Positions 48,333-57,632 of a DNA stretch of 64,000 bases are shown piece after piece; within the stretch, counting starts at the first letter, position 1, and every line of letters starts with the position of its first letter. The translations under genes and the position numbers were made by a program. The notes beneath the pieces are model-generated. The model had not been told where the DNA came from, did no database searches, and saw nothing but the letters and a program-made list of their open reading frames with translations. Origin of the DNA: Ignavibacteriota bacterium (lineage in GTDB: Bacteria > Bacteroidota > Ignavibacteria > UBA10030 > UBA6906); the NCBI GenBank assembly GCA_963801355.1, contig CAWDEM010000008.1:352001-416000 (forward strand). The letters are read 5' to 3'.

Positions 48333-48938
48333 ATGCGAACCACTATCATGGTGCTTGCGATGATGATGACATTGCCGTTGTTCGGTGATGCGCAGGACAA
48401 GAAACCTGCCGCCAAGGTGAAAGAAATTGCCGTTATCGAAACTTCGATGGGCACAATCGAAGCGGAGTTGTACCGTGACGATGCACCCAAGACTGTTGAT
48501 AACTTCGTCCGCCTTGCGGAGAAAAAGTATTTCAACGGAGTGATTTTCCATCGCGTGTCGAAAGGATTCGTCATACAGGGTGGAGATCCCACCGGCACCG
48601 GGACCGGCGGAAAGAGCATCTACGGCAAGGAATTCGAGGATGAACTCAACTCCGGCACGCCATCCTTCAAGGCCGGCTATCAGCACGGAGTGCTTGCGAT
48701 GGCAAACCGCGGGCCGAACACCAACACAAGCCAGTTCTTCATCATGCTGCGCGATGTGCCCCGCATGCCAAAGAACTACACGATTTTCGGAAAAGTGATC
48801 AAGGGCCTGGATGTCGTTGACAAGATTGGCGACGTGGAGATTACCCCGCAGATGGGACCGAATGACGGGAAGCCCAAGGTGGACGTGAAAATGAAGAGCG
48901 TCACCATCCGTCGCGAAGAACCCGAAACAGAAAAATAG
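48333..48938 (+). CDS. Exported cyclophilin-type peptidyl-prolyl isomerase
   Basis: APKTVDNF, FHRV, QGGDPTGTG, AMANRGPNTNTSQFFI, TIFGKV. Confidence 0.93.
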   Translation: MRTTIMVLAMMMTLPLFGDAQDKKPAAKVKEIAVIETSMGTIEAELYRDDAPKTVDNFVRLAEKKYFNGVIFHRVSKGFVIQGGDPTGTGTGGKSIYGKEFEDELNSGTPSFKAGYQHGVLAMANRGPNTNTSQFFIMLRDVPRMPKNYTIFGKVIKGLDVVDKIGDVEITPQMGPNDGKPKVDVKMKSVTIRREEPETEK

Positions 48939-48949
48939 CTCTCAACAGG

Positions 48950-49960
48950 ATGGCCAAAGGCGCTCCGGGGATCAGCGAGCTCCGCGCCTCGCTCAAGAAA
49001 AAGAATTTTCTTCCTGTGTACCTGGTACAGGGGGAAGAGGATTTTCTCGTTGAGGAAAGCATAGCGGCGATTCTGGACGCCGCCATGTCACGCGATGAGC
49101 GGACGTTCAACCTCGACGTACTCGATTGTGCGGACTTCGATGCGCGCGAAATCACTGCCCGCGCGTCCTCTCTTCCGATGATGGGTGAGCGGCGGGTGGT
49201 CGTCGCCCGCAACGTAGAGAAACTCAGCGCCAAGGACCTTGAGATACTTTCCGCATATGTCGAGCGTCCGTCGGTCTCCACGGTGCTGGTGCTGGCTGGC
49301 CGGAAAGCGGATCTCCGGAGAAAGCCTTTTGCGGGCCTCCATACAAGCGGCGCGGAATGCGCCTGTGCCCCCCTGACCGAAAGCAAGTTGAACGGATGGA
49401 TCACCGAGAGGGTCGAAGAGCAGGGCGGGACCATCGACGGGGAGGCTGCCGCGCTGCTCGCAGCGCAAGTGGGCTCGTCGCTCAAGGAACTCGACAGCGA
49501 GATCGCGAAACTGCTCGTGTTCGTCGGCGACCGGAAAAAGATTCTGCCCGACGACGTCGCTGCCGTAGGAGGATTCTCGCGGGAGTTCACTGTCTTCAAT
49601 CTGCAGGACGCCATCGGTGCCGGCAACCTGAGGGATTCCCTGACGATCCTCGACCACATGATCGAAGAAGGGGCGGAAATCGGCAGAATCACGTGGGCGT
49701 TGACGGACTATTTTAGTCTGCTCTGGCGGTTGCATCACCTCATGAGCAAGTCGGGGCATGACGACAAAGAGGGCTTCAAGTTGACCAAAACCTGGGCATG
49801 GAAGAAGAGGCAGTATCTTGAGGCCCTTCAGCGCTATCCTGCGGCCAGAATAGAGGCCATTTTCCAGATGATCGCCGAGACCGACATGCAGTCGAAATCC
49901 GGTTCCTACGCGGGAAAACGGGACTATTTGCACACTTTGCTAGTGAAAATGATGAGCTAA
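48950..49960 (+). CDS. holA: DNA polymerase III delta subunit
   Basis: PVYLVQGEEDFL, SLPMMGERRVV, ELDSEIAKL, VFNLQDAI. Confidence 0.92.
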   Translation: MAKGAPGISELRASLKKKNFLPVYLVQGEEDFLVEESIAAILDAAMSRDERTFNLDVLDCADFDAREITARASSLPMMGERRVVVARNVEKLSAKDLEILSAYVERPSVSTVLVLAGRKADLRRKPFAGLHTSGAECACAPLTESKLNGWITERVEEQGGTIDGEAAALLAAQVGSSLKELDSEIAKLLVFVGDRKKILPDDVAAVGGFSREFTVFNLQDAIGAGNLRDSLTILDHMIEEGAEIGRITWALTDYFSLLWRLHHLMSKSGHDDKEGFKLTKTWAWKKRQYLEALQRYPAARIEAIFQMIAETDMQSKSGSYAGKRDYLHTLLVKMMS

Positions 49961-50181
49961 GGGTCAGGCCCATGTGCACGCGCCCCCCTCCTGTCACCCA
50001 TCTCAGTTCTGCTCTCAACTCTTGACTTCCGGTCCGCCAAGTTGTAAATTAAGGCACTACGGCAAGCATTTCACGAATCGCTTTATGCAGCGGCGCAAAG
50101 CTGTCGTTTTTGTGTGGGAGGGAGCTGCAGCGACGCAGCGATTTTATTGTGCATTGATCACATACACGGGAGGTTCCCACT

Positions 50182-50835
50182 ATGCCACGATTGAATCTGA
50201 AGGATGAAGGCTTGGACGGAGAAGGCGCGCCCCAGGAAGAAAAGGCGCCAAGCCCCACCCCGATGCTTCGCGAAGTTGGTTCGAACGGCGGCAAGATGTC
50301 ACCCATCATTCTGGTTGTCTTGATTCTGCTCGTGCTTGCAGGAGCCGTGTATGCGTTGAATCATTTCAAGGTCATCCAGCTATGGGGTAAGAAAGCCCCC
50401 GTAGTGACCGAGACCCTGCCCGAACCCGAGCTGATAGTTCCCCAGGAAACTTCACCGGCGCCGGCCGAAGGTGCGACAACCGGTGAGGCCCCTGCTGTTC
50501 CGGCCGAAAGCAAACCTTCGACCACGCCATCGGTGGCGGCCCCAAAGCCTGCACAGAAGTCCACACCGGCAGCTACGATTGCTCCCCCCGGCGCAGGCAG
50601 GTACACTGTGCAATTTGCAGCGTGGATGACCAAGTCCAAAGCGGAGGCCGAGGCACAGCTTCTCTCCGGGGCAGGCTATGATGCATACGTTGCGGACGCA
50701 ACCTTCGGCGGCGATCATTGGTATCTCGTGCGTGTCGGCCGTTATGACTCCCGTGCGCAGGCTCAGGAGATTGTCGCGAAGCTGCAACCCATGACCGAAG
50801 ACCTCGTCTGGGTGCCGGTGCTGCGCGACAAATAA
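50182..50835 (+). CDS. Membrane-anchored SPOR-domain protein
   Basis: TM, Pro/Ala linker, YTVQFAAW..WYLVRVGRY; promoter TTGACT-17-TAAATT at 50022-50050. Confidence 0.85.
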   Translation: MPRLNLKDEGLDGEGAPQEEKAPSPTPMLREVGSNGGKMSPIILVVLILLVLAGAVYALNHFKVIQLWGKKAPVVTETLPEPELIVPQETSPAPAEGATTGEAPAVPAESKPSTTPSVAAPKPAQKSTPAATIAPPGAGRYTVQFAAWMTKSKAEAEAQLLSGAGYDAYVADATFGGDHWYLVRVGRYDSRAQAQEIVAKLQPMTEDLVWVPVLRDK

Positions 50836-50855
50836 GTCACAACGCGGGACCACCA

Positions 50856-51557
50856 ATGAACTTCTTTGAGACATTCCTTCGGGGAGGAGTGGTCATGTGG
50901 CCGATCCTCCTCTGTTTGCTTGTCACACTCTATGTCATCCTGGAACGGTGGATGGTTCTCCACCGCGGCCGCTTTGATTCACAACATTTTCTGCCAAAGC
51001 TCAAGAGCCTCTACCGCCACGGGGATATCGGTGCGGTGTTGAGTTACTGCAGCCAGAAAGATGCGGCGATTCCGAGTATCGTCCGTCGTGGTGTGCTGAA
51101 ACGGGATCAGGGTGCCGCGAGCGTGCGGGAGACGGTCGAGGTGGCGGCGAGGGAGCAAATGTACAGCCTGGAACGTCACCTTTCGCTGCTTGCAGGCATC
51201 AGCGGTGTCGCTCCGATGCTCGGCTTTCTCGGCAGCATCGCGGGATTGATCTCGGCATTCCGGAATCTGGAGCAGATGGGTGGCGTGGCAGTGCCGGCCG
51301 ACCTGGCATCCGGCATATGGCAGGCCCTGTTGACGACTGCCTTCGGTCTGATCGTCGGCATCGTCGCCATGATCGCATACAATCTCTTCACCTCGCGCGT
51401 CAGGAGACTCGTCCACGAAGTTGAATCCGCTTCCAATGAGTTCCTGGACCTCCTCGATGAGCCCGTCGCGAACGACGACGTCGACCACGGTCGCGATTTT
51501 CAGATACTGATGCGCTCGCACATTGCTGAACCCGAACCATTCCGGCAGAAAGAATGA
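50856..51557 (+). CDS. MotA/TolQ/ExbB proton channel family
   Basis: GGVVMWPI, APMLGFLGS, GIWQALLTTAFGL. Confidence 0.92.
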   Translation: MNFFETFLRGGVVMWPILLCLLVTLYVILERWMVLHRGRFDSQHFLPKLKSLYRHGDIGAVLSYCSQKDAAIPSIVRRGVLKRDQGAASVRETVEVAAREQMYSLERHLSLLAGISGVAPMLGFLGSIAGLISAFRNLEQMGGVAVPADLASGIWQALLTTAFGLIVGIVAMIAYNLFTSRVRRLVHEVESASNEFLDLLDEPVANDDVDHGRDFQILMRSHIAEPEPFRQKE

Positions 51558-52114
51558 TACGCCTGGACCCGACACACAAGCCCTTGCTCGGTGTGAGCGG
51601 CGCATCATTGGCGAGTGTTCCTCTCATCGTCGTATTTTTTCTCCTCCTTGTGCCGAGGGGTGGATCAGCACCGGCGGTGGGTGGAGCCGTGCCGGCACCC
51701 GCAGTGAGTTCTCCCACAATAGCAGACACAAGTCGGGTGGTACGACCCGCGGAGCCAGTCGCCGGGAAAATCGTGCGCAGGGGTCAACAGTCGATTGCGC
51801 TGGCAACAAAAAAAACGCCGCTGGAGCGCGTGGTGTACTCGATGCGGTGGTCAGGCGGAGCCCAGCGGCGGAAAATCGGGGGGAAAGTCCCGCAGTTCCC
51901 GGCGGGTGTCACGGTGGAAGCGATGGCAAGGGCGGAACTGCTTGTCACAGGTGCGGGTGCAGTGCGTTCGGCAAAACTCTTGCAGAGCGGCAACCCGCGG
52001 TGTGATGAGGCAACCCTTCGCGAAATCCGGCTCTGGAAATTTGATCCGTTGCCACGTCCTCAGAAACAGCCCGATCAGAGGTGTGTGGTGACTGTGAGCT
52101 TCACGCGGAAGTAG
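51554..52114 (+). CDS. TonB C-terminal-domain protein with ExbD-like N-terminus
   Basis: ATGA overlap; N-terminal TM ending VFFLLL; C-terminal PQFP..G.V..LQSG..D......WKFDP. Confidence 0.7.
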   Translation: MIRLDPTHKPLLGVSGASLASVPLIVVFFLLLVPRGGSAPAVGGAVPAPAVSSPTIADTSRVVRPAEPVAGKIVRRGQQSIALATKKTPLERVVYSMRWSGGAQRRKIGGKVPQFPAGVTVEAMARAELLVTGAGAVRSAKLLQSGNPRCDEATLREIRLWKFDPLPRPQKQPDQRCVVTVSFTRK

Positions 52115-52406
52115 CGGAATCTTCAGGTTCGTCCGAATCTTTGCGGAAGTAGAAGTAGTAGAATGCCGCCTCAGCGAGCGTTAGGAGCGTGAGCGCCGCG
52201 GCATCATTGTCAAAGACCTTTCCCAGCCCTCCAGGGGGCATGACGGTCCTGATGACAAACGACGCCATGCTCCATCCCACGAAGAAGATCAGCAGCATAA
52301 AAATCACCCCGAGAACACCTTCCTTTGTCCCTTCTTCCTGCCAGCGGCTGGTAAACACGGCCGTGAACGCCAGGACGTGAAGATAAAAGACCACCAGCGC
52401 GACCAT
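52101..52406 (-). CDS. Small hypothetical membrane protein
   Basis: Three hydrophobic segments; GGAG SD; starts 3 nt after the wcaJ-like stop. Confidence 0.7.
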   Translation of the reverse strand: MVALVVFYLHVLAFTAVFTSRWQEEGTKEGVLGVIFMLLIFFVGWSMASFVIRTVMPPGGLGKVFDNDAAALTLLTLAEAAFYYFYFRKDSDEPEDSATSA

Positions 52407-52408
52407 AT

Positions 52409-53833
52409 CTACTCCTGTTCCCGGAAGCTAATCACTGCCTTCAGTGTCCGCAGGAGAATGCGGATATCGAAGGCAAGTGACCAGTTTTCAATGTAGTACA
52501 GGTCATACTTGACCCGTTCGTCGATGGAGGTGTCGCCGCGAAGGCCGTTGACCTGCGCCCAGCCCGTGAGGCCGGTCTTGACGCGGTGCCGATCAAGATA
52601 CTTCGGCACGACGGTGCCGAACCGTCTGACGACGTGTGCGCGCTCGGGTCTGGGGCCGACCAGGCTCATATCACCCCGAAAAACATTCCAGAGTTGCGGT
52701 AGTTCGTCCAGGCTGGTCCTCCGCAGGAAACGGCCGAATGCCGTGCGCCGGGCGTCATTGCGAATGCCCAGTCCTGCGTCGCCATCGAGCTTTTCCGCTC
52801 CGGCGACCATGGAACGGAACTTGTACATTATGAATTCCTGCCCGTCGAGGCCCACACGCTGTTGCCGGAACAACACCGGTCCGCGTGAATCCAGCCGAAC
52901 AAGGGCAGCGATCGCCGCGTACAGCGGCGAGAGGATGATGAGGATGATCGACGACACCGTGACGTCAAAGGCGCGTTTGGTGACCCTCTGCCATGGTGTG
53001 AGGGGAATGCCTTTCAGTCGCAGGAAGGGGATTCCTTCGAGGTCACGAACACGCACCTGACTGGTCATCACATCCAGAAGGTCTGGAACCATCATGAACT
53101 CGACGTTGATGCCTTCGCATTCGGAAATCAGCTCGAAGAGGCGTTGATGGTCCTCGGCCCGAAGGGCAATGAACGCGAGTTGGATCCCTTCGGAGCGGAT
53201 ATAGTCGGGGGCGCCTGAGGGTGGACCCAGATAGGTGGCTGCGCCGATCCCCTGCGGGAACAGTGCGGGCGCATCGGCAAAGTATCCCGTGATCGTAATG
53301 CCGAACGACAGATGCCCGTGTAGGCGTGTGTACACCTGGTTCGCAAGCACCTCGCCGCCGATGATGATTGCGCGCTGGAGATGCCGCCCGTGCTTGTACG
53401 ACTGGCGTTCAAGAATCCTCATCACCACCCTGCCGGCGAAGACTCCGCAAATGGCGAGGATCCATACCAGGACGATGACCACGCGGGAGTATGAAAACGT
53501 GCGGTAGAAAAACGCCGCGCTCATCACCAGGAGCATGCCCAGGCTGACGACCTTGATAACGTTTATCAGTTCATCGGAGAGATTGACGTTTCTCCGTGTT
53601 CCGTACATCTTGCGGGCATTGAAGAGGAGAAGCCAGATCGCGATGACGAACAGCGACGCAAGGATATAGCCCCGGAGGGGCGGAGCTTCTTCACGCAGGA
53701 ATCCAAGTGCGGAGAAGATGCTGGTGTGGAAACGGAGCCAGTAGGCAAAAAGGAACGCCGCCTCGATGGCAATTGCATCGGAAGCGACGGTGATGAGGGG
53801 AAGAAGGGAATCTCCACGCCGTGGACGGCTCAT
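52409..53833 (-). CDS. Undecaprenyl-phosphate glucose phosphotransferase (WcaJ-like)
   Basis: N-terminal TMs; KRAFD, YKFRSM, SLDELPQ, MSLVGPRPER, GLTGWAQVNGLRG. Confidence 0.92.
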   Translation of the reverse strand: MSRPRRGDSLLPLITVASDAIAIEAAFLFAYWLRFHTSIFSALGFLREEAPPLRGYILASLFVIAIWLLLFNARKMYGTRRNVNLSDELINVIKVVSLGMLLVMSAAFFYRTFSYSRVVIVLVWILAICGVFAGRVVMRILERQSYKHGRHLQRAIIIGGEVLANQVYTRLHGHLSFGITITGYFADAPALFPQGIGAATYLGPPSGAPDYIRSEGIQLAFIALRAEDHQRLFELISECEGINVEFMMVPDLLDVMTSQVRVRDLEGIPFLRLKGIPLTPWQRVTKRAFDVTVSSIILIILSPLYAAIAALVRLDSRGPVLFRQQRVGLDGQEFIMYKFRSMVAGAEKLDGDAGLGIRNDARRTAFGRFLRRTSLDELPQLWNVFRGDMSLVGPRPERAHVVRRFGTVVPKYLDRHRVKTGLTGWAQVNGLRGDTSIDERVKYDLYYIENWSLAFDIRILLRTLKAVISFREQE

Positions 53834-53840
53834 GGTATGT

Positions 53841-54446
53841 TTACCCGTACATCTCTCTTTCGATGAGTGCACAGAGGATGTGACCGATCGTGATCTGCGC
53901 CTCCTGGACGCGTTGCGTGTCGCTGGAGGGAACGATGATGGCCACGTCCACGAGGTCCTTCATCCGTCCGCCTTCCTTGCCAATCAGTCCGATAGTGGCC
54001 ATACCCTGCGCCCTGGCTTTCTGAAGGGCGAGGTTGACGCTGGCGGAGTTGCCGCTGGTGCTGATACCGATGAGGACATCTCCGGGCCGACCGAGGGCCT
54101 CCACCTCGCGTGCGAACACATTGTCGTACCCAATGTCGTTCGCTCCTGCGGTCAGCAATGACGTATCGGCGTTCAGTGCAATCGCGGGCAATGCAGGCCG
54201 TTTGATGGCCGGATTCATCCGGATGACCAGTTCGGTCGCAAGGTGTTGGGCATCGGCCGCACTCCCGCCGTTCCCGCAGAGGAGGATTTTTCCCTTCGCG
54301 TTCAGCGCACCGATGAGCACGTCGACTGCCTTCACGATCCGGTCGGCGCAGGCTTCAAAGGTCTTCTTCTTGATCTCCGCGCTGGCGGCAAATTCATCCT
54401 GTATGAAGGCCTGGCGTGCGAGAATCGTCAATGGAAGGTGTGTCAC
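53841..54446 (-). CDS. gmhA: Phosphoheptose isomerase
   Basis: CGNGGSAADAQH, ISTSGNS, TQRVQE. Confidence 0.93.
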   Translation of the reverse strand: MTHLPLTILARQAFIQDEFAASAEIKKKTFEACADRIVKAVDVLIGALNAKGKILLCGNGGSAADAQHLATELVIRMNPAIKRPALPAIALNADTSLLTAGANDIGYDNVFAREVEALGRPGDVLIGISTSGNSASVNLALQKARAQGMATIGLIGKEGGRMKDLVDVAIIVPSSDTQRVQEAQITIGHILCALIEREMYG

Positions 54447-54474
54447 GTGAGCACCGGATGTTGTGGTTGAAGGA

Positions 54475-57222
54475 TCACTGGAGTACGTGTTTCACGATCG
54501 CCGTCACCTGTGCAAGGGCGGCATCGAGTTTGTCGACATCCTTGCCGCCTGCTGTGGCCATGTGGGGCCTGCCGCCGCCCCCGCCGCCCACCAGCCTCGC
54601 GACCTCGCCGACAACCCGGCCGGCCTGTAGTTTCTTCGTCGCAACCAGATCGTCCGTGACGACGCATACAAACGAGGCCTTCTCTTCGAGAACTGTTCCC
54701 AGCACGCCGACACCCCTGTGGAGTTTTGAGCGCAGTTCGTCGCCGATCCGTTTCAATTCATCCAGATCCGCCGCTTCCACGCGGGCTGCGACAACGCGGA
54801 TATCCTGCACCATTACAGCTCCTGCGACAAGGGCGTCAAGGTTCGAAGCCGCCTCCTGTACTTTGGTCCTGCTGACAGCTTTCTTCAGCTCCATCGTCCG
54901 GCGCGACAACGCCCCGGCGACCGATTGGCGCTCCTGGAGACCAGATTCCGCCATGGTCAGGGCCTCCGCCAGAGAGCTCCCGTCAGGTATCACCAGGCGT
55001 TCGCGAGGCGCGGATTGTGTTTGTGCCTGTGCAGGGCTCTCGCCGGGAAGCTGGCGCTCCAGATCTTCCACTTCGCGCATAAGCCCGGCGATTTTGTCAT
55101 CCAGTTCCCGTGCGTGCGCAAGGTGTTCCTCGATGTACGCACGAACGCCGTTACCCGTCACAGCCTCGATGCGGCGCACGCCGCTCTGGATGCCGGTTTC
55201 CGACACGATCTTGAACAGGCCAATATCGGCAGTGTTGCTGACATGGGTCCCACCGCAAAACTCGACGCTGAACTTCTCATCCATGATGACTACGCGCACG
55301 TAGTCGCCGTACTTGTCGTCGAAAAACATCTTCACGTTAGGTATCTTCTGCGCTGCGGAGATCGGGATATCCACCTCAGTGCGGACCGCGATTCTCTGGG
55401 CGATCTTCTCGTTCACCATTTCCTCGATAGCCCGGAGTTCATCGGGCGTGATCTTGCCAAAATGGGGGAAGTCAAACCGGAGACGGTCGGGAGCGACCAG
55501 GGATCCCTGCTGGTGGGCGTGGGGACCGAGTACCCGGCGAAGGGATTCATGCAGGAGATGTGTGGCCGAGTGGTTCCGTTGGATGTCCTGACGTCGCGGG
55601 ATGTCGATGCGTGCGTGGACCGGACCGGCGACGAGGTCGGCGGGCGAACCCTTGCGCAAGCGTACTTCATGCACGATCCGCTTGTCCTGCCGGAACGACT
55701 GTACGACCTCTGCCGTGAATCGGTCACCCTCGATAATGCCGACGTCATCCACCTGTCCGCCCGCTCTGGCATAGAACGGGGTGCGATCGAGGGAAATAAA
55801 CCGGCCGTCGACCACCTTACCGACCACCGCATCGGTGTCCAGGGTGTCGTAGCCGACAAACCGTGAATCGGGGAACAGGGCAAGATGCTGATGCGCGTCT
55901 TCGGTGGATCCCGGAAACTCAGCCTTCGGGCCGATGCGTCCGCGACTCTTCTGTTCTTCCATCAATTTTGTGAACTCGCCCGCATCGACTTTCAAGCCCC
56001 GCTCCCCGGCCATAAGTTCTGTGAGGTCGAGCGGGAAGCCATAAGTGTCGTAGAGGCGGAATGCGTCGCTTCCCGGGAACACGGTGGAGTGGCCGATCTG
56101 TTCTATGACCGACTCAAAGATTTCCAGACCCCGGTCGAGCGCCGCATTGAAGCTTTCCTCTTCGGACCGGATGACGCGTTTGATGTGATCCCGCTGGGCG
56201 AGCAATTCGGGGAAGACATGGCCCATCGAATCCGCCACGGCATCCGTGATCCCGTAAATAAAGGGATCGTGCATCTCCAGCTTCCGGGCGAAGCGCGCCG
56301 CCCTGCGGAGTATGCGCCGGAGAACGTAGCCGCGCCCGTCGTTGCCGGGAAGCGCACCGTCTGCAATGGCGAACGAAAGCATGCGGATGTGGTCGGCGAT
56401 GACACGCATTGCGACCTGCACTTCGTCCCCCTCGTACGGACGGCCGGAAGCCTGCACGACCGCATTGATGATCGGCATGAAGACGTCGGTGTCGTAGTTC
56501 GACGGCTTTCCCTGAAGGACGGCGCAGATACGTTCGAATCCCATCCCGGTGTCGACGTGCTTGGCCGGGAGGGGTTCCAGTTCACCGGCCTGGTTCCTGT
56601 TGTTCTGTATAAAGACCAGGTTCCAGATTTCCATGACGCGGGGATCGCCGGCATTCACGAGATTCCCGCCCGAACAGTCGTGTGTCAGATCTATGTGGAT
56701 TTCAGAACAGGGGCCACAGGGTCCCGTTTCGCCCATCTCCCAGAAATTGTCCTTCCTGCCGAACCGGATGATGTGCGAAGGGTCAATATCCGTCTGGCTT
56801 TTCCAGAGCCCGGCAGCTTCATCGTCAGTTTCAAAGACGGTTGCGTAGAGGCGCTTTTTCTCGAGTCCCCACACGCCGGTCAGTAATTCCCATGCCCAGC
56901 CGATGGCTTCAGTCTTGTAGTAATCGCCGAACGACCAGTTCCCGAGCATCTCGAAGAATGTATGATGGTACGTGTCACGCCCGACTTCTTCGAGGTCATT
57001 GTGTTTGCCGCTGACCCTGATGCATTTTTGTGTGTCAGCCGCCCGCGTATACTCCCGCGTGCCGGTGGCAAGGAAGACATCTTTGAACTGGTTCATTCCC
57101 GCATTCGTAAAGAGCAGGGTAGGGTCGCCGTGGGGGATCACCGGAGAACTCTGAACGATGCGATGTCCGTGCCGCGCAAAGAAATCGAGGAATCCCTGCC
57201 GTATTTCGTCAGCGTTCATCAT
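54475..57222 (-). CDS. alaS: Alanine--tRNA ligase
   Basis: [55 protein letters not shown]. Confidence 0.97.
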   Translation of the reverse strand: MMNADEIRQGFLDFFARHGHRIVQSSPVIPHGDPTLLFTNAGMNQFKDVFLATGTREYTRAADTQKCIRVSGKHNDLEEVGRDTYHHTFFEMLGNWSFGDYYKTEAIGWAWELLTGVWGLEKKRLYATVFETDDEAAGLWKSQTDIDPSHIIRFGRKDNFWEMGETGPCGPCSEIHIDLTHDCSGGNLVNAGDPRVMEIWNLVFIQNNRNQAGELEPLPAKHVDTGMGFERICAVLQGKPSNYDTDVFMPIINAVVQASGRPYEGDEVQVAMRVIADHIRMLSFAIADGALPGNDGRGYVLRRILRRAARFARKLEMHDPFIYGITDAVADSMGHVFPELLAQRDHIKRVIRSEEESFNAALDRGLEIFESVIEQIGHSTVFPGSDAFRLYDTYGFPLDLTELMAGERGLKVDAGEFTKLMEEQKSRGRIGPKAEFPGSTEDAHQHLALFPDSRFVGYDTLDTDAVVGKVVDGRFISLDRTPFYARAGGQVDDVGIIEGDRFTAEVVQSFRQDKRIVHEVRLRKGSPADLVAGPVHARIDIPRRQDIQRNHSATHLLHESLRRVLGPHAHQQGSLVAPDRLRFDFPHFGKITPDELRAIEEMVNEKIAQRIAVRTEVDIPISAAQKIPNVKMFFDDKYGDYVRVVIMDEKFSVEFCGGTHVSNTADIGLFKIVSETGIQSGVRRIEAVTGNGVRAYIEEHLAHARELDDKIAGLMREVEDLERQLPGESPAQAQTQSAPRERLVIPDGSSLAEALTMAESGLQERQSVAGALSRRTMELKKAVSRTKVQEAASNLDALVAGAVMVQDIRVVAARVEAADLDELKRIGDELRSKLHRGVGVLGTVLEEKASFVCVVTDDLVATKKLQAGRVVGEVARLVGGGGGGRPHMATAGGKDVDKLDAALAQVTAIVKHVLQ

Positions 57223-57497
57223 ACCTCAATGTGGGTCATAAGTTGAATTTCTTCGAGAACCGCGCTCACTTCGACACACCGGAGCATCTCCCCTGTGTAT
57301 ACTATCGCCCTGCCGGTATGGTGGACCTCCCAGGTCAGGACCTCCGCCTTCTCGCGCGCGCAGCGGATCGCCTTGATGATTTGGGTGATCACCTCTTCGA
57401 ATGTATGCACCTCGTCATTGAAGAGGATCACTTTTGCCGGCTCATGTGTCTGCACTTCCTCTTCCAGGTGCTCAACTTCGAGTGGCTCTGTGGGCAC
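57219..57497 (-). CDS. clpS: ClpS-family adaptor
   Basis: [26 protein letters not shown]. Confidence 0.88.
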   Translation of the reverse strand: MPTEPLEVEHLEEEVQTHEPAKVILFNDEVHTFEEVITQIIKAIRCAREKAEVLTWEVHHTGRAIVYTGEMLRCVEVSAVLEEIQLMTHIEV

Positions 57498-57632
57498 GCG
57501 GCAGATCCTCCATGTCGTAAAATTGTAGCAAAATTCGGGGTTTATTGCAATCTACCTGCTTGCAACGCTCCGGCTGTGTGCGTATATTATGCGAATCCCA
57601 CACGCATCCATTCACAACCTTCGCAGGATACC

